64,000 nucleotides of DNA, taken from the NCBI GenBank assembly GCA_963702025.1, contig OY969699.1:288001-352000 (forward strand). Reading direction: 5' to 3'. Position 1 is the stretch's first letter; each line of letters starts with the position of its first letter. Positions 19,613 to 27,595 of the stretch are shown piece after piece. This DNA comes from an uncultured bacterium (GTDB lineage Bacteria; Babelota; Babeliae; Babelales; Vermiphilaceae). Below the pieces are notes generated by a model. It had not been told where the DNA came from, made no database searches, and saw only the letters and a list, made by a program, of their open reading frames with translations. The position numbers and the translations under genes were made by a program.

Positions 19613-19695
19613 CCGTTCGTGCTGCCCCTTCGGCGAGCTCAGGAGTAAACGCCGAGCCTGCCCGCCGAAGCTTTAGCGAAGGCTGGGTCGAAGCA
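19613..19695. repeat. REP-like element carrying two nested palindrome insertions
   Basis: CCGTTCGTGCTG[30 nt]AGCCTG[27 nt]TCGAAGCA; the uninterrupted form occurs at 20720-20745. Confidence 0.8.
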
Positions 19696-19876
19696 TCATA
19701 TCGAATATCTCAATAGCCAACAGCAAAATGGCTCTCAGGAACATCTTATTTGGCAACAATAAAAATTCTTGATAAGGTCAAAATAAAATCCCCGTTCATA
19801 GTGCAAAAAAATGACTTCTCAACGAATTATTTCAGCATAAGTGCATAAATAAAAAAACCATAAGGTTAGAAAAAAT

Positions 19877-20707
19877 ATGAAATCAATAATGGAAGAAGCA
19901 TCAACAGTAAGCAAAGCAATAGAGCAAGCCTGGCAACGTGCAGGCCAACCTCAGGAATTTTCAATTAAAGTTCTTGAGCTCCCTAAAACATCATTTTTTG
20001 GTCTTAAAACATCAAAATCAGCAAAAATTGCCTTCTTTTTTAATGAGGCAACAGTAAAAATTCGAGAACCTCAAGCAGCGACCCAAAAGCAGATTCGCCC
20101 TCTGGCTCCCCGCCCTCAGCAAGGCGGCCGCCCTGAGCAATCAGAGCAAAGAACTGGTCAACGCCGTCCTCAGCATGCGCCTCGTGACCAACAGCGCCCT
20201 GAACGCCGAGAACAGACTGAGCGCACCGACATTCAACGACGAGTAACACAACCAAGCCGCCCGGAGCAATCCGAAAAGCGGCACGAAGAGCGGCGGCATC
20301 GTTCGGATGAAAGAGGCGGATACAGAGATGGTTCACCAGCCCCGGCGGGAGATGAAAGACCATATCAGCGCCAAGAGTATCGCTCATCAGAACCGCGTGA
20401 AATGTGGACCCCAGAAATGATCGATGCGGCACGTGACTGGGTAAAAGAAACATTGGTGATGATGGGACATCATGACATTAACGTCAGTTCAACTGTGTCA
20501 CATAATTATCTAAAGCTTAATTTGAGCCAACCTGTTTTAGATGATCCACGCGCTGAAGAAACGCAACTTAAAAGTTGGGGCAGTTTAGCAATGGAAGCAG
20601 TACGCGATAAAGCACAAAAACCTTTGCGTAGCTTGCGAGTTATTTTAGAAAGCAGCCCTTCGAGACCCGACTACGCCAAGACTTCGTCGGGCAGGCGCAC
20701 AGAATAA
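19877..20707 (+). CDS. jag: Jag/KhpB (EloR)-like protein: Jag_N domain, R/Q/E-rich linker, degenerate KH-like region, no visible R3H
   Basis: EEASTVSKAIEQA...IKVLELPKTSFFGL N-terminal pattern; directly upstream of mnmE. Confidence 0.75.
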   Translation: MKSIMEEASTVSKAIEQAWQRAGQPQEFSIKVLELPKTSFFGLKTSKSAKIAFFFNEATVKIREPQAATQKQIRPLAPRPQQGGRPEQSEQRTGQRRPQHAPRDQQRPERREQTERTDIQRRVTQPSRPEQSEKRHEERRHRSDERGGYRDGSPAPAGDERPYQRQEYRSSEPREMWTPEMIDAARDWVKETLVMMGHHDINVSSTVSHNYLKLNLSQPVLDDPRAEETQLKSWGSLAMEAVRDKAQKPLRSLRVILESSPSRPDYAKTSSGRRTE

Positions 20708-20745
20708 TAGTATAGAAAGCCGTTCGTGCTGAGCCTGTCGAAGCA
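20656..20745. repeat. REP-like doublet overlapping the jag 3' end
   Basis: CCCTTCGAGA-CCCGACTACGCCAAGACTTCGTCGGG-CAGGC followed by CCGTTCGTGCTGAGCCTGTCGAAGCA. Confidence 0.75.
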
Positions 20746-20767
20746 TCCCTGAATAGAGGTTATTTAC

Positions 20768-22297
20768 ATGTTCTGCCCCGATGAACAAACAATCATTGCA
20801 CAATGTACGCCCCGCGCAAGCGGGGCAATTGCCTTACTGCGTATCAGTGGAAATGGAGCAATTCCGATCGCTGATGCGATAAGTTCTTTGGCTTCTGGCA
20901 AGAAACTTGCTCAATCGCCATCCCATACCATTCATTATGGTTCGGTCAAGAAAATGACTCCAATAACCAATCACGATCCTTCGATACGCGCCTATGGCGC
21001 TACTCAGGACGAACGGAGGAATGAATCCGTTCGTGGTGAGTGTCTCGCGAAGCGAGATGTATCGAACCATTCCCAAGAAGCTGCAACTATTGATAATGTC
21101 CTTTTTCTCCTCATGCGAGCACCCAAAACATTCACCGGGCAAGATACGGTGGAAATTACCTGCCACAACAACCAATTTATTATCGAAGAGATTATTGCGC
21201 TTGCCATCGGCGCCGGCGCGCGCCTGGCGCAAGAAGGTGAGTTCACCAAACGCGCGGTCCTGAGTGGCAAAATTGATCTGATACAAGCGGAAGCAATTAA
21301 TGAATTGATTCACGCTCAAACACAATTGGCACTCAAGCAATCGCTTGCCCAACTTGATGGGAGCTTTTCACAGTGGTTGCAAATGCTGGAAAAAGATTTA
21401 CTCAAAGCGCTCGCATTATCTGAAGCAAGTTTTGAATTTCTTGATGAAGAGATGGAATTTGCGCCGCAAATCAGCACTTTGATAGAAACCACACAAAACA
21501 ATATTGGTATCATTAAAAAAACATTTAATCAGCAACAAACGATTCGCCAAGGAATCCGTGTTGCCATAATCGGCTCGGTGAATGCCGGCAAATCATCCTT
21601 ATTTAATGCGTTGCTCAATCAAAATAGAGCGATTGTAAATGCACAGGCAGGCACCACAAGAGATTCTATTGAGGCAGGTCTTTATAAAAATGGCAATTTT
21701 TGGACCTTGGTGGACACCGCCGGATTGCGCCAAACGGATGATACCATTGAACAAGAGGGCATTAAACGTTCTTTTGAAGAAGCTCACAAAGCAGACATTA
21801 TCATTCTTGCATATGATGGTTCGCGAGAAATAAGTGCGCAAGAAAAGACGGTTTATGATGGCATTGTGGAAAAATATCCGAATAAAATTATTACGGTATT
21901 TACCAAGGTGGATCAGGTACAATCCAAGGAACCGTTCGTGGTGAGTGCGAATGAAATTCGCGTATCGAACCATGCAGTTGAAAATCCCATCTTTCTCTCA
22001 AGCAAAACCAAAACAAACATAGACCTTCTTGAAAAACAGATCGAACAAAAAATAACCGGCTTATTTGCTCAAATCGAATCACCGTTTTTACTTAATCAGC
22101 GTCATTACAATATCTTACTGACACTTGAAAATAAACTGCACGAAATTCAACAGATGCTCGCATGCAAAAAAGTTGCCTATGAATTACTTTCCGTGCATAT
22201 TAATGATGCCATTGCTAATCTTGCAGAACTTTCGGGTAAATCTATCAGCGAGGCAGGAATGGACATGGTGTTTAGAGAATTCTGTATTGGAAAATGA
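20768..22297 (+). CDS. mnmE: tRNA modification GTPase MnmE (TrmE) with two in-frame repeat insertions
   Basis: APKTFTGQDTVEITCH, GEFTKRA, GSVNAGKSS, GTTRD, DTAG, C-terminal FCIGK. Confidence 0.97.
   Translation: MFCPDEQTIIAQCTPRASGAIALLRISGNGAIPIADAISSLASGKKLAQSPSHTIHYGSVKKMTPITNHDPSIRAYGATQDERRNESVRGECLAKRDVSNHSQEAATIDNVLFLLMRAPKTFTGQDTVEITCHNNQFIIEEIIALAIGAGARLAQEGEFTKRAVLSGKIDLIQAEAINELIHAQTQLALKQSLAQLDGSFSQWLQMLEKDLLKALALSEASFEFLDEEMEFAPQISTLIETTQNNIGIIKKTFNQQQTIRQGIRVAIIGSVNAGKSSLFNALLNQNRAIVNAQAGTTRDSIEAGLYKNGNFWTLVDTAGLRQTDDTIEQEGIKRSFEEAHKADIIILAYDGSREISAQEKTVYDGIVEKYPNKIITVFTKVDQVQSKEPFVVSANEIRVSNHAVENPIFLSSKTKTNIDLLEKQIEQKITGLFAQIESPFLLNQRHYNILLTLENKLHEIQQMLACKKVAYELLSVHINDAIANLAELSGKSISEAGMDMVFREFCIGK
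20977..21070. repeat. Head-to-head REP-like doublet, in frame inside mnmE
   Basis: TCCTTCGATAC-GCGCCtatGGCGC-TACTCAGGACGAACGGA ggaatgaa TCCGTTCGTGGTGAG-TGTCTCGCgaaGCGAGATG-TATCGAACCAT. Confidence 0.85.
21932..21975 (+). repeat. Single REP-like unit, in frame inside mnmE
   Basis: CCGTTCGTGGTGAGT-GCGAATgaaATTCGC-GTATCGAACCATGC. Confidence 0.85.
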
Positions 22298-22372
22298 GAC
22301 TACTTAAATATAGACGCAGAGGCGTAAAGCCATTAATACAATAAGATAATCTGCTTCATTACTATATCTCAT

Positions 22373-23341
22373 TTATGCATGAGCCGCTTGTGCTTGTGGC
22401 GCATATTTATTATAAGAAGCCACAATCTTATCAACTTTCTTTTGACCGGCGACGATTGCCAATTGCTGCGCAGCCGTTTGGCATGCAACAGGAATTCCCG
22501 ATGCTGTTTTTGCAGCAGAAGAAGCATTTTTTATTAAAGCATGCTTAAATTCCATCTCTTTTTGTACTTTTTCTGTCTCTGCTTTAAATTTAGCGGCTTT
22601 CAATTTTTCTTTTAGATCATTTGCCTTTTGAGCCTCGGTCGGGAAAAAGTATCGATAAATCTCACGGCCTTTATAATACACTATAACACCCACAACCACT
22701 CCTCCCACAACAATGCAGGTTGCAACCGGATGTGCTACCGCAACAGCGGCAACGGTTGATCCGGCAGATTTTATTGCAGCGCCGGTGGTTTTTATGGCAG
22801 CCCCTACGGTATTTAATGCGCCGACACCAACATTTGCGCCTGCATTTGGCGCAGCCTTAGCAAGAGCGATACATGCTTGCTTAATCTCTCCCGATGATTT
22901 TTCAATAACCGGAGCAAGAACTTTGGCTGCTTCAATGCCACCATTTGCCAGAGCCGGCTCAGCAGTTTTTAATGCTTCAGCAAATTTTTCAAGGGCCGGG
23001 ACAGTTTTTGCGGTGATAAAAATACCTGTTTTAGATAGTGTATTCACTGTTTGATTAACAACCGGAATCGCGGTTTTAACAGTTTGTAATCCAACCTCAG
23101 AGCCGGCTGCAGGAAGCGTTGCTAGCAATTCTTTAAGATGTGGCGATAACTCTTTAACGGCTTCAATACCTAATTCTTTAGCAGCTTCATTCATTTTTTG
23201 CGAAGCATCTCGGAGTGCAGGTGCCATAATTTTTGCAGCATTTAAGCCTATATCACATCCCATTCCATTGTCCGCTAAAATGCAATGGAACAATTGGAAA
23301 AGAAAAAGTTGATAAAATACCATCTTTTTTATGTTGTTCAT
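22373..23341 (-). CDS. Exported Ala-rich helical-repeat membrane protein (cassette-adjacent gene D)
   Basis: Signal peptide, repeated G(L/I)xxxKxxxP helices, TM VATCIVVGGVVVGVIVYY, basic tail. Confidence 0.75.
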   Translation of the reverse strand: MNNIKKMVFYQLFLFQLFHCILADNGMGCDIGLNAAKIMAPALRDASQKMNEAAKELGIEAVKELSPHLKELLATLPAAGSEVGLQTVKTAIPVVNQTVNTLSKTGIFITAKTVPALEKFAEALKTAEPALANGGIEAAKVLAPVIEKSSGEIKQACIALAKAAPNAGANVGVGALNTVGAAIKTTGAAIKSAGSTVAAVAVAHPVATCIVVGGVVVGVIVYYKGREIYRYFFPTEAQKANDLKEKLKAAKFKAETEKVQKEMEFKHALIKNASSAAKTASGIPVACQTAAQQLAIVAGQKKVDKIVASYNKYAPQAQAAHA

Positions 23342-23363
23342 AATCTTTTACCTTTTTTAATTT

Positions 23364-23864
23364 CTACTGATTAAAAGCGATCAATTTTTGATTAATTTCA
23401 CGACGTTCTTGCTCAAGAACTTCATATCTTTGGATTAAAGTCTTTATAAGTCGATACTCATTAACAATTATTAGAAGAAAAAACTTTATTGCGTCAAAAT
23501 TTTCTTCTATTTGGTCATTTTCAGATTTTCGGAAAAGTTCTTTAATCAAAAAATTATTAACATTTTTTTCATTATTTAAAGTTCTGATAAATGCGACAAG
23601 ATTTTCGTCTACCGCGCGACCGAACTCGCCTCTTTCTTGCTCGTTAAGGTTCTTTTTTTCTAGTTCTGCTCTCAAAATATTGATAGCTTCTTTCCAAGTC
23701 GAACGCGTATACAAATACCTTTCAGCAATTGTCTTGCCCAATTCGGAAAGTTCCATTTCTTTTTTAAATTTAAGCTCTGCTAATTGTGCTTGTGCGTCTG
23801 TTTCATTACCCAAAAGAGTAAGCGGCATTAAAAGAACGGCTAGTAATATATTTTTGTAAGTCAT
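23364..23864 (-). CDS. Exported helical protein (cassette gene C1)
   Basis: MTYKNILLAVLLMPLTLLGN leader nearly identical to 26631..27140; shared NNFL..ELF and INQK/IDQK. Confidence 0.8.
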   Translation of the reverse strand: MTYKNILLAVLLMPLTLLGNETDAQAQLAELKFKKEMELSELGKTIAERYLYTRSTWKEAINILRAELEKKNLNEQERGEFGRAVDENLVAFIRTLNNEKNVNNFLIKELFRKSENDQIEENFDAIKFFLLIIVNEYRLIKTLIQRYEVLEQERREINQKLIAFNQ

Positions 23865-23948
23865 AAAAATTCCTTAAAATAATTGAAAAATTTATTCACA
23901 ATGGGGCATAATCCCGAAAATAGTTTTTAATCTTGTCTCAATAAATCC

Positions 23949-23969
23949 CCCCATGGAAGAACCATGGGG
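23949..23969. terminator. Conserved hairpin between cassette genes B1 and C1 (terminator or stabiliser)
   Basis: CCCCATGG-aagaa-CCATGGGG; equivalent hairpin at 27229-27251. Confidence 0.6.
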
Positions 23970-24010
23970 AGGCCAATGTTAATCTTTGGAATAATGTATC
24001 TCACGCATCG

Positions 24011-24355
24011 CTAATCCGATTCAGCCCGTTTATACTTATAATGATAGACACACCAAATCAACGTTATGCTAAATGCAATTCGGATAATCGGCGCCATATA
24101 AGGGCTAATCTGATACAATGGTTGCCACAGTCCATAGCGTGGAATTTGATAATACCATGCCAGCCATGGGCATCCTATGAACCATACAATAATCATATAG
24201 GTCAAGAAGAAGGGATTTCTGAACGGAGAATTTTCATCGATAATTCTATACCATCGCTCTCGTTCTCCTCCAATTATCATGCTCAAAAGCACTATAACTG
24301 CACCATATAACGTATTTTCAAGTTGGATTAGGCAGGAGTACCAAAATGTAATCAT
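24011..24355 (-). CDS. Small 3-TM membrane protein, putative immunity protein (cassette gene B1)
   Basis: Hydrophobic, Trp-rich; shares FL.Y.I..WF....WL.WY.Q.PR.G.W with 27258..27593. Confidence 0.75.
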   Translation of the reverse strand: MITFWYSCLIQLENTLYGAVIVLLSMIIGGERERWYRIIDENSPFRNPFFLTYMIIVWFIGCPWLAWYYQIPRYGLWQPLYQISPYMAPIIRIAFSITLIWCVYHYKYKRAESD

Positions 24356-24364
24356 ATGTTCTCT

Positions 24365-24856
24365 TTATGGAGTCGGCAAGAGAGTTCCAGCAACCTCCAC
24401 GGTCAATGCTGATGCTTCAATAGCCTCATGAACAAGATGCGCTTCTGCAAGAACTTCTGGATGAAAAATGGCCGCAACTGCATAGCCGCCATAACCCACT
24501 GCACGTACTGTCCATCCGGCAATTTTTCCTGTAATCCAACCGCCGCCATTGCCACGAACCTTTGCCACAAGAGCATATTTCCCTTCTTCAAATTTATTGA
24601 TGCGGATATACCCGTTACCAACAAATTCATTCAAGACTTTATGTTGCGAAACATCTCTGAGCAATGGATTAATATTATGCTTTTCAACAAAATGTTTTCC
24701 ATTCTCATCTTCGACGTAGAAATCTCTCTGATTTGAATACAGCTTAAGATCATTTGCCGATGATACAGCGCTCTGCTCTACCAATTCCATTGCATGAACT
24801 AATGATGAAATACTGAATAAAAATAATGATAAAGAAGTGATGTTACGTATCTTCAC
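24365..24856 (-). CDS. Exported precursor: conserved domain + GGG + variable hydrophobic tail (cassette gene A1)
   Basis: GTG start with AGGAAG RBS; 91/106 aa identical to A2 up to LVAKVRGNGGG, then divergent. Confidence 0.85.
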   Translation of the reverse strand: MKIRNITSLSLFLFSISSLVHAMELVEQSAVSSANDLKLYSNQRDFYVEDENGKHFVEKHNINPLLRDVSQHKVLNEFVGNGYIRINKFEEGKYALVAKVRGNGGGWITGKIAGWTVRAVGYGGYAVAAIFHPEVLAEAHLVHEAIEASALTVEVAGTLLPTP

Positions 24857-24996
24857 GTATTCTTCCTAGCGTTATGTTGTTAATAAATATATACACTGGC
24901 TTGTTCGACATCGCTGCAGCTGAAACCGAAACGCATTACTACTATGGGTCGGGCAATATAATAGAACAATTTTTTTCAAATGAAAAGCATTATTTT

Positions 24997-26226
24997 CTGA
25001 AGTTCGGACATAAATAGAAGAGACTCCTGTTCTGGTGTATTTTTAAAAAAAACAAAGAAACACCAAAAACAGGAGAATCATGATTGCCAAAAAAGATATC
25101 ATAAAAATGATTAATTCGCTAAAAGTATTTAACATTCATGTTGCCGACTTCATCGGATCGATGATTTGGGGGTTCCAACAAGCAAAAAAGCTTAGAATTT
25201 CCAGCATTTCTGCTGCATCACCCGGCAAGTATGAATCTAACTATAAAAACATCACAAGATCTCTAAATAAATTAGAAGTTTCTCAGCTTTCAGAAGCTCT
25301 TTTGTCATTTCAGGACCAAGCGAGTGATATCCTATTGCTCGATTTTACTGAGATGACTCGAAAAAATGCTAAACGCACTGCTTATATTGGATATTTAAAA
25401 GATGGAGAAACACTTGGCTACAGCATATTGGCACTGAGTGTACCATTCAAAGGAAGATCTAAAATAATATTTGCTGATGTAATATCTTCTTCAATCATTG
25501 CTGAGAGCGCAACTGGAAAGTGGAAGCTTATTCAAGAAGCTTTACGCCCATTAATTCCTTTGCTTCAGAGTAAGATAATTGTCATTGATCGTGAACTTTG
25601 CAATGAGGAGATGATCAAGTTCTTTCATAAACATCAAATTCATTATTCAATACGCTTAAAAATAAGTGCTGGAAAAAACCAAATTATTATTACTGACAAA
25701 AAAGGCAGCAGGATTAACATTTCTATTACTCGCGGCTCAAAGAAAAATTGGAAAGGGGTTTATTATAAAGGGAAAATCAAAGTAAATATTGCTGCTGAAT
25801 GGCAAAGCAATATGCCTGAGCCAATGTATATAATTACAGATTGTCAGCCAAGTGAAGGTTTAAAATACTATAAAAAACGCATGAAAATAGAGGAAAGTTT
25901 CAAAGATATAAAAGATAAATTGGGCTTTACAAAAATCATGAATAAAACTTTAGGCAATCTCCTTAAAATGCTCCTCATTGGATTAATTGCCTACAATCTA
26001 TTGATTTTGATAGGCGAAATGCTGCGATTACAAGTGCTCACGAAGCGCGAAAGGCTTAAGTTCAGCGGTTTGCATTTATTGCTTAATATGATTTATTCAT
26101 ATTCTCGATCCAAACTTCGGAAAGCACTACGTCAAGTTGAATTCCATCTGCTTGAAAATAATTCAGATGATGTTGTTTGGTTAAGAGCCTTTAGGAATTG
26201 TTAAAATGAAATTGTCCGAACTTAAG
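24997..26226 (+). mobile_element. IS4-family insertion sequence, apparently intact
   Basis: 14-bp terminal IRs CTGAAGTTCGGACA (24997-25010) / TGTCCGAACTTAAG (26213-26226), 1 mismatch; 7-bp direct repeat TTATTTT at 24990-24996 and 26227-26233. Confidence 0.9.
25080..26204 (+). CDS. DDE transposase, IS4 family
   Basis: LLLDFT, VIDREL, and YREK signature YKKRMKIEESFKDIK. Confidence 0.9.
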   Translation: MIAKKDIIKMINSLKVFNIHVADFIGSMIWGFQQAKKLRISSISAASPGKYESNYKNITRSLNKLEVSQLSEALLSFQDQASDILLLDFTEMTRKNAKRTAYIGYLKDGETLGYSILALSVPFKGRSKIIFADVISSSIIAESATGKWKLIQEALRPLIPLLQSKIIVIDRELCNEEMIKFFHKHQIHYSIRLKISAGKNQIIITDKKGSRINISITRGSKKNWKGVYYKGKIKVNIAAEWQSNMPEPMYIITDCQPSEGLKYYKKRMKIEESFKDIKDKLGFTKIMNKTLGNLLKMLLIGLIAYNLLILIGEMLRLQVLTKRERLKFSGLHLLLNMIYSYSRSKLRKALRQVEFHLLENNSDDVVWLRAFRNC

Positions 26227-26382
26227 TTATTTTTCACCGCAAGGCCAATAGATTAAGCAGGAGGAAATCAAAGAACTTGATAAAGCCCTATTAGTTATGT
26301 TTTATTTGTTCAGCGATTGGCATATAAAAGAAGAAGCGATATAGTTATTTAGAATATTAGTTATGAATTATCAGGATTTCAG

Positions 26383-26625
26383 ATGTCATCTAGATTGCCG
26401 CTCGATTTAAGTACTTTTTCTTTATTGCGCAAATCGGGCTATCTCTATGTGGATAAAACCGAATATGCATACAATCTTATCACGCAGGGACGCAGATACT
26501 TTCTTTCTCGCCCCCGTAGATTTGGCAAATCATTGTTCGTTTCGACGTTGAAAGAAATCTTACATGGCAATAAATCATTATTTAATGGTTTTGGATCGGG
26601 AAAAGTGACTATGAATGGCATTCTC
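26383..26625 (+). pseudogene. Truncated, frameshifted AAA-ATPase-like (AAA + PD-(D/E)XK family) gene
   Basis: YLYVDKTEY, FLSRPRRFGKSL Walker A; the family-typical WIGKSDYEW continues in a shifted frame near 26590, then the gene stops at the convergent cassette gene C2. Confidence 0.85.
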
Positions 26626-26630
26626 AAATT

Positions 26631-27140
26631 TTATGCATGTGAAGAGCCTCCGTTGTTTTGTTTTTTTAGATTTTCAATTTTTTGATCTATCGCTACCATT
26701 TCAGACAAAATTTGTTCATATTCTTCAAACATATTTTTCCAAATAATTCGCTCAATTATGATCCTCATTTGGGCTGATTTTATTTTGCCAAGCCCAAAAT
26801 CATTCTTTTTATTCTCAAAGAGTTCTTGCTTAAGAAAGTTATTAAAAGTTCTTTCGCCTTTAAAAATTTGATTTAATCGATTTAAAAATACATCTATCTC
26901 ATCATTAAATACTTTTTTTTCATCCTCATTCAAAGTTGAAAGTATATCTTGCCAGATGACAGATGCTTTATAAATCATATCTTCAATCAATTCTTCTTGC
27001 CGAGCGATTTTCTTGCCATACTCAGAAGCTTTTAGAATTTGCTCTTTTAAATCGTTTGTTAGTTGGGCTATTTGCTCGCTGTTACCCAAAAGAGAAAGTG
27101 GCATTAAAAGAATAGCCAATAATAGATTTTTGTAAGTCAT
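26631..27140 (-). CDS. Exported helical protein (cassette gene C2)
   Basis: Paralog of 23364..23864 with conserved signal peptide and divergent mature part. Confidence 0.8.
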   Translation of the reverse strand: MTYKNLLLAILLMPLSLLGNSEQIAQLTNDLKEQILKASEYGKKIARQEELIEDMIYKASVIWQDILSTLNEDEKKVFNDEIDVFLNRLNQIFKGERTFNNFLKQELFENKKNDFGLGKIKSAQMRIIIERIIWKNMFEEYEQILSEMVAIDQKIENLKKQNNGGSSHA

Positions 27141-27228
27141 CGAAAATATCCTTAAAATAATTGAAAGTTTTATTCAAAATGCGGCATAAGCTCTGAAAAT
27201 AGTTTTTTTTAGTCTTGTCTCAATTTAT

Positions 27229-27251
27229 CCCCCATGTAAGAACCATGGGGG
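27229..27251. terminator. Conserved hairpin between cassette genes B2 and C2
   Basis: CCCCCATG-taagaac-CATGGGGG. Confidence 0.6.
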
Positions 27252-27257
27252 CATATA

Positions 27258-27593
27258 TTAATCTTTGGAATAATAATATCTATCCATTACAATCATAATG
27301 ACATTTGATATGATCACTACTCCTAATGCAGCCCATCCAAGTATTGGATTATGTCCAAAAAGTAAACTCCAGATGCCCCATCGAGGCTTTTGAATATACC
27401 AAGTGAGCCAGGTAAAAAAACCAAACCACATAACAATTAAGTATGCTAAGAAATACCCGTTACAAAAGTAATCAGGAAATAGTTCTGCGATTTTTGTTTT
27501 ATCACCAATTATGATATGACGAAAGCATAACAGCGTTATACCAATTAATAGGATCTCAACTTGTCCAAGAAAGGCTTGCAAAATGGTGACCAT
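27258..27593 (-). CDS. Small 3-TM membrane protein, putative immunity protein (cassette gene B2)
   Basis: Starts 2 nt after the A2 stop; divergent paralog of B1. Confidence 0.75.
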   Translation of the reverse strand: MVTILQAFLGQVEILLIGITLLCFRHIIIGDKTKIAELFPDYFCNGYFLAYLIVMWFGFFTWLTWYIQKPRWGIWSLLFGHNPILGWAALGVVIISNVIMIVMDRYYYSKD

Positions 27594-27595
27594 AA

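Noticed and set aside
19265..19716. ORFs 19265..19480, 19335..19586 and 19396..19716
   Set aside because: They overlap the tRNA-Gly and the palindromic repeats and are shadow frames.
21026..21070. TGAG-stem-CGAA repeat core as a hammerhead ribozyme
   Set aside because: It lacks the CUGANGA and GAAA core and the stem I/III with a UH cleavage site.
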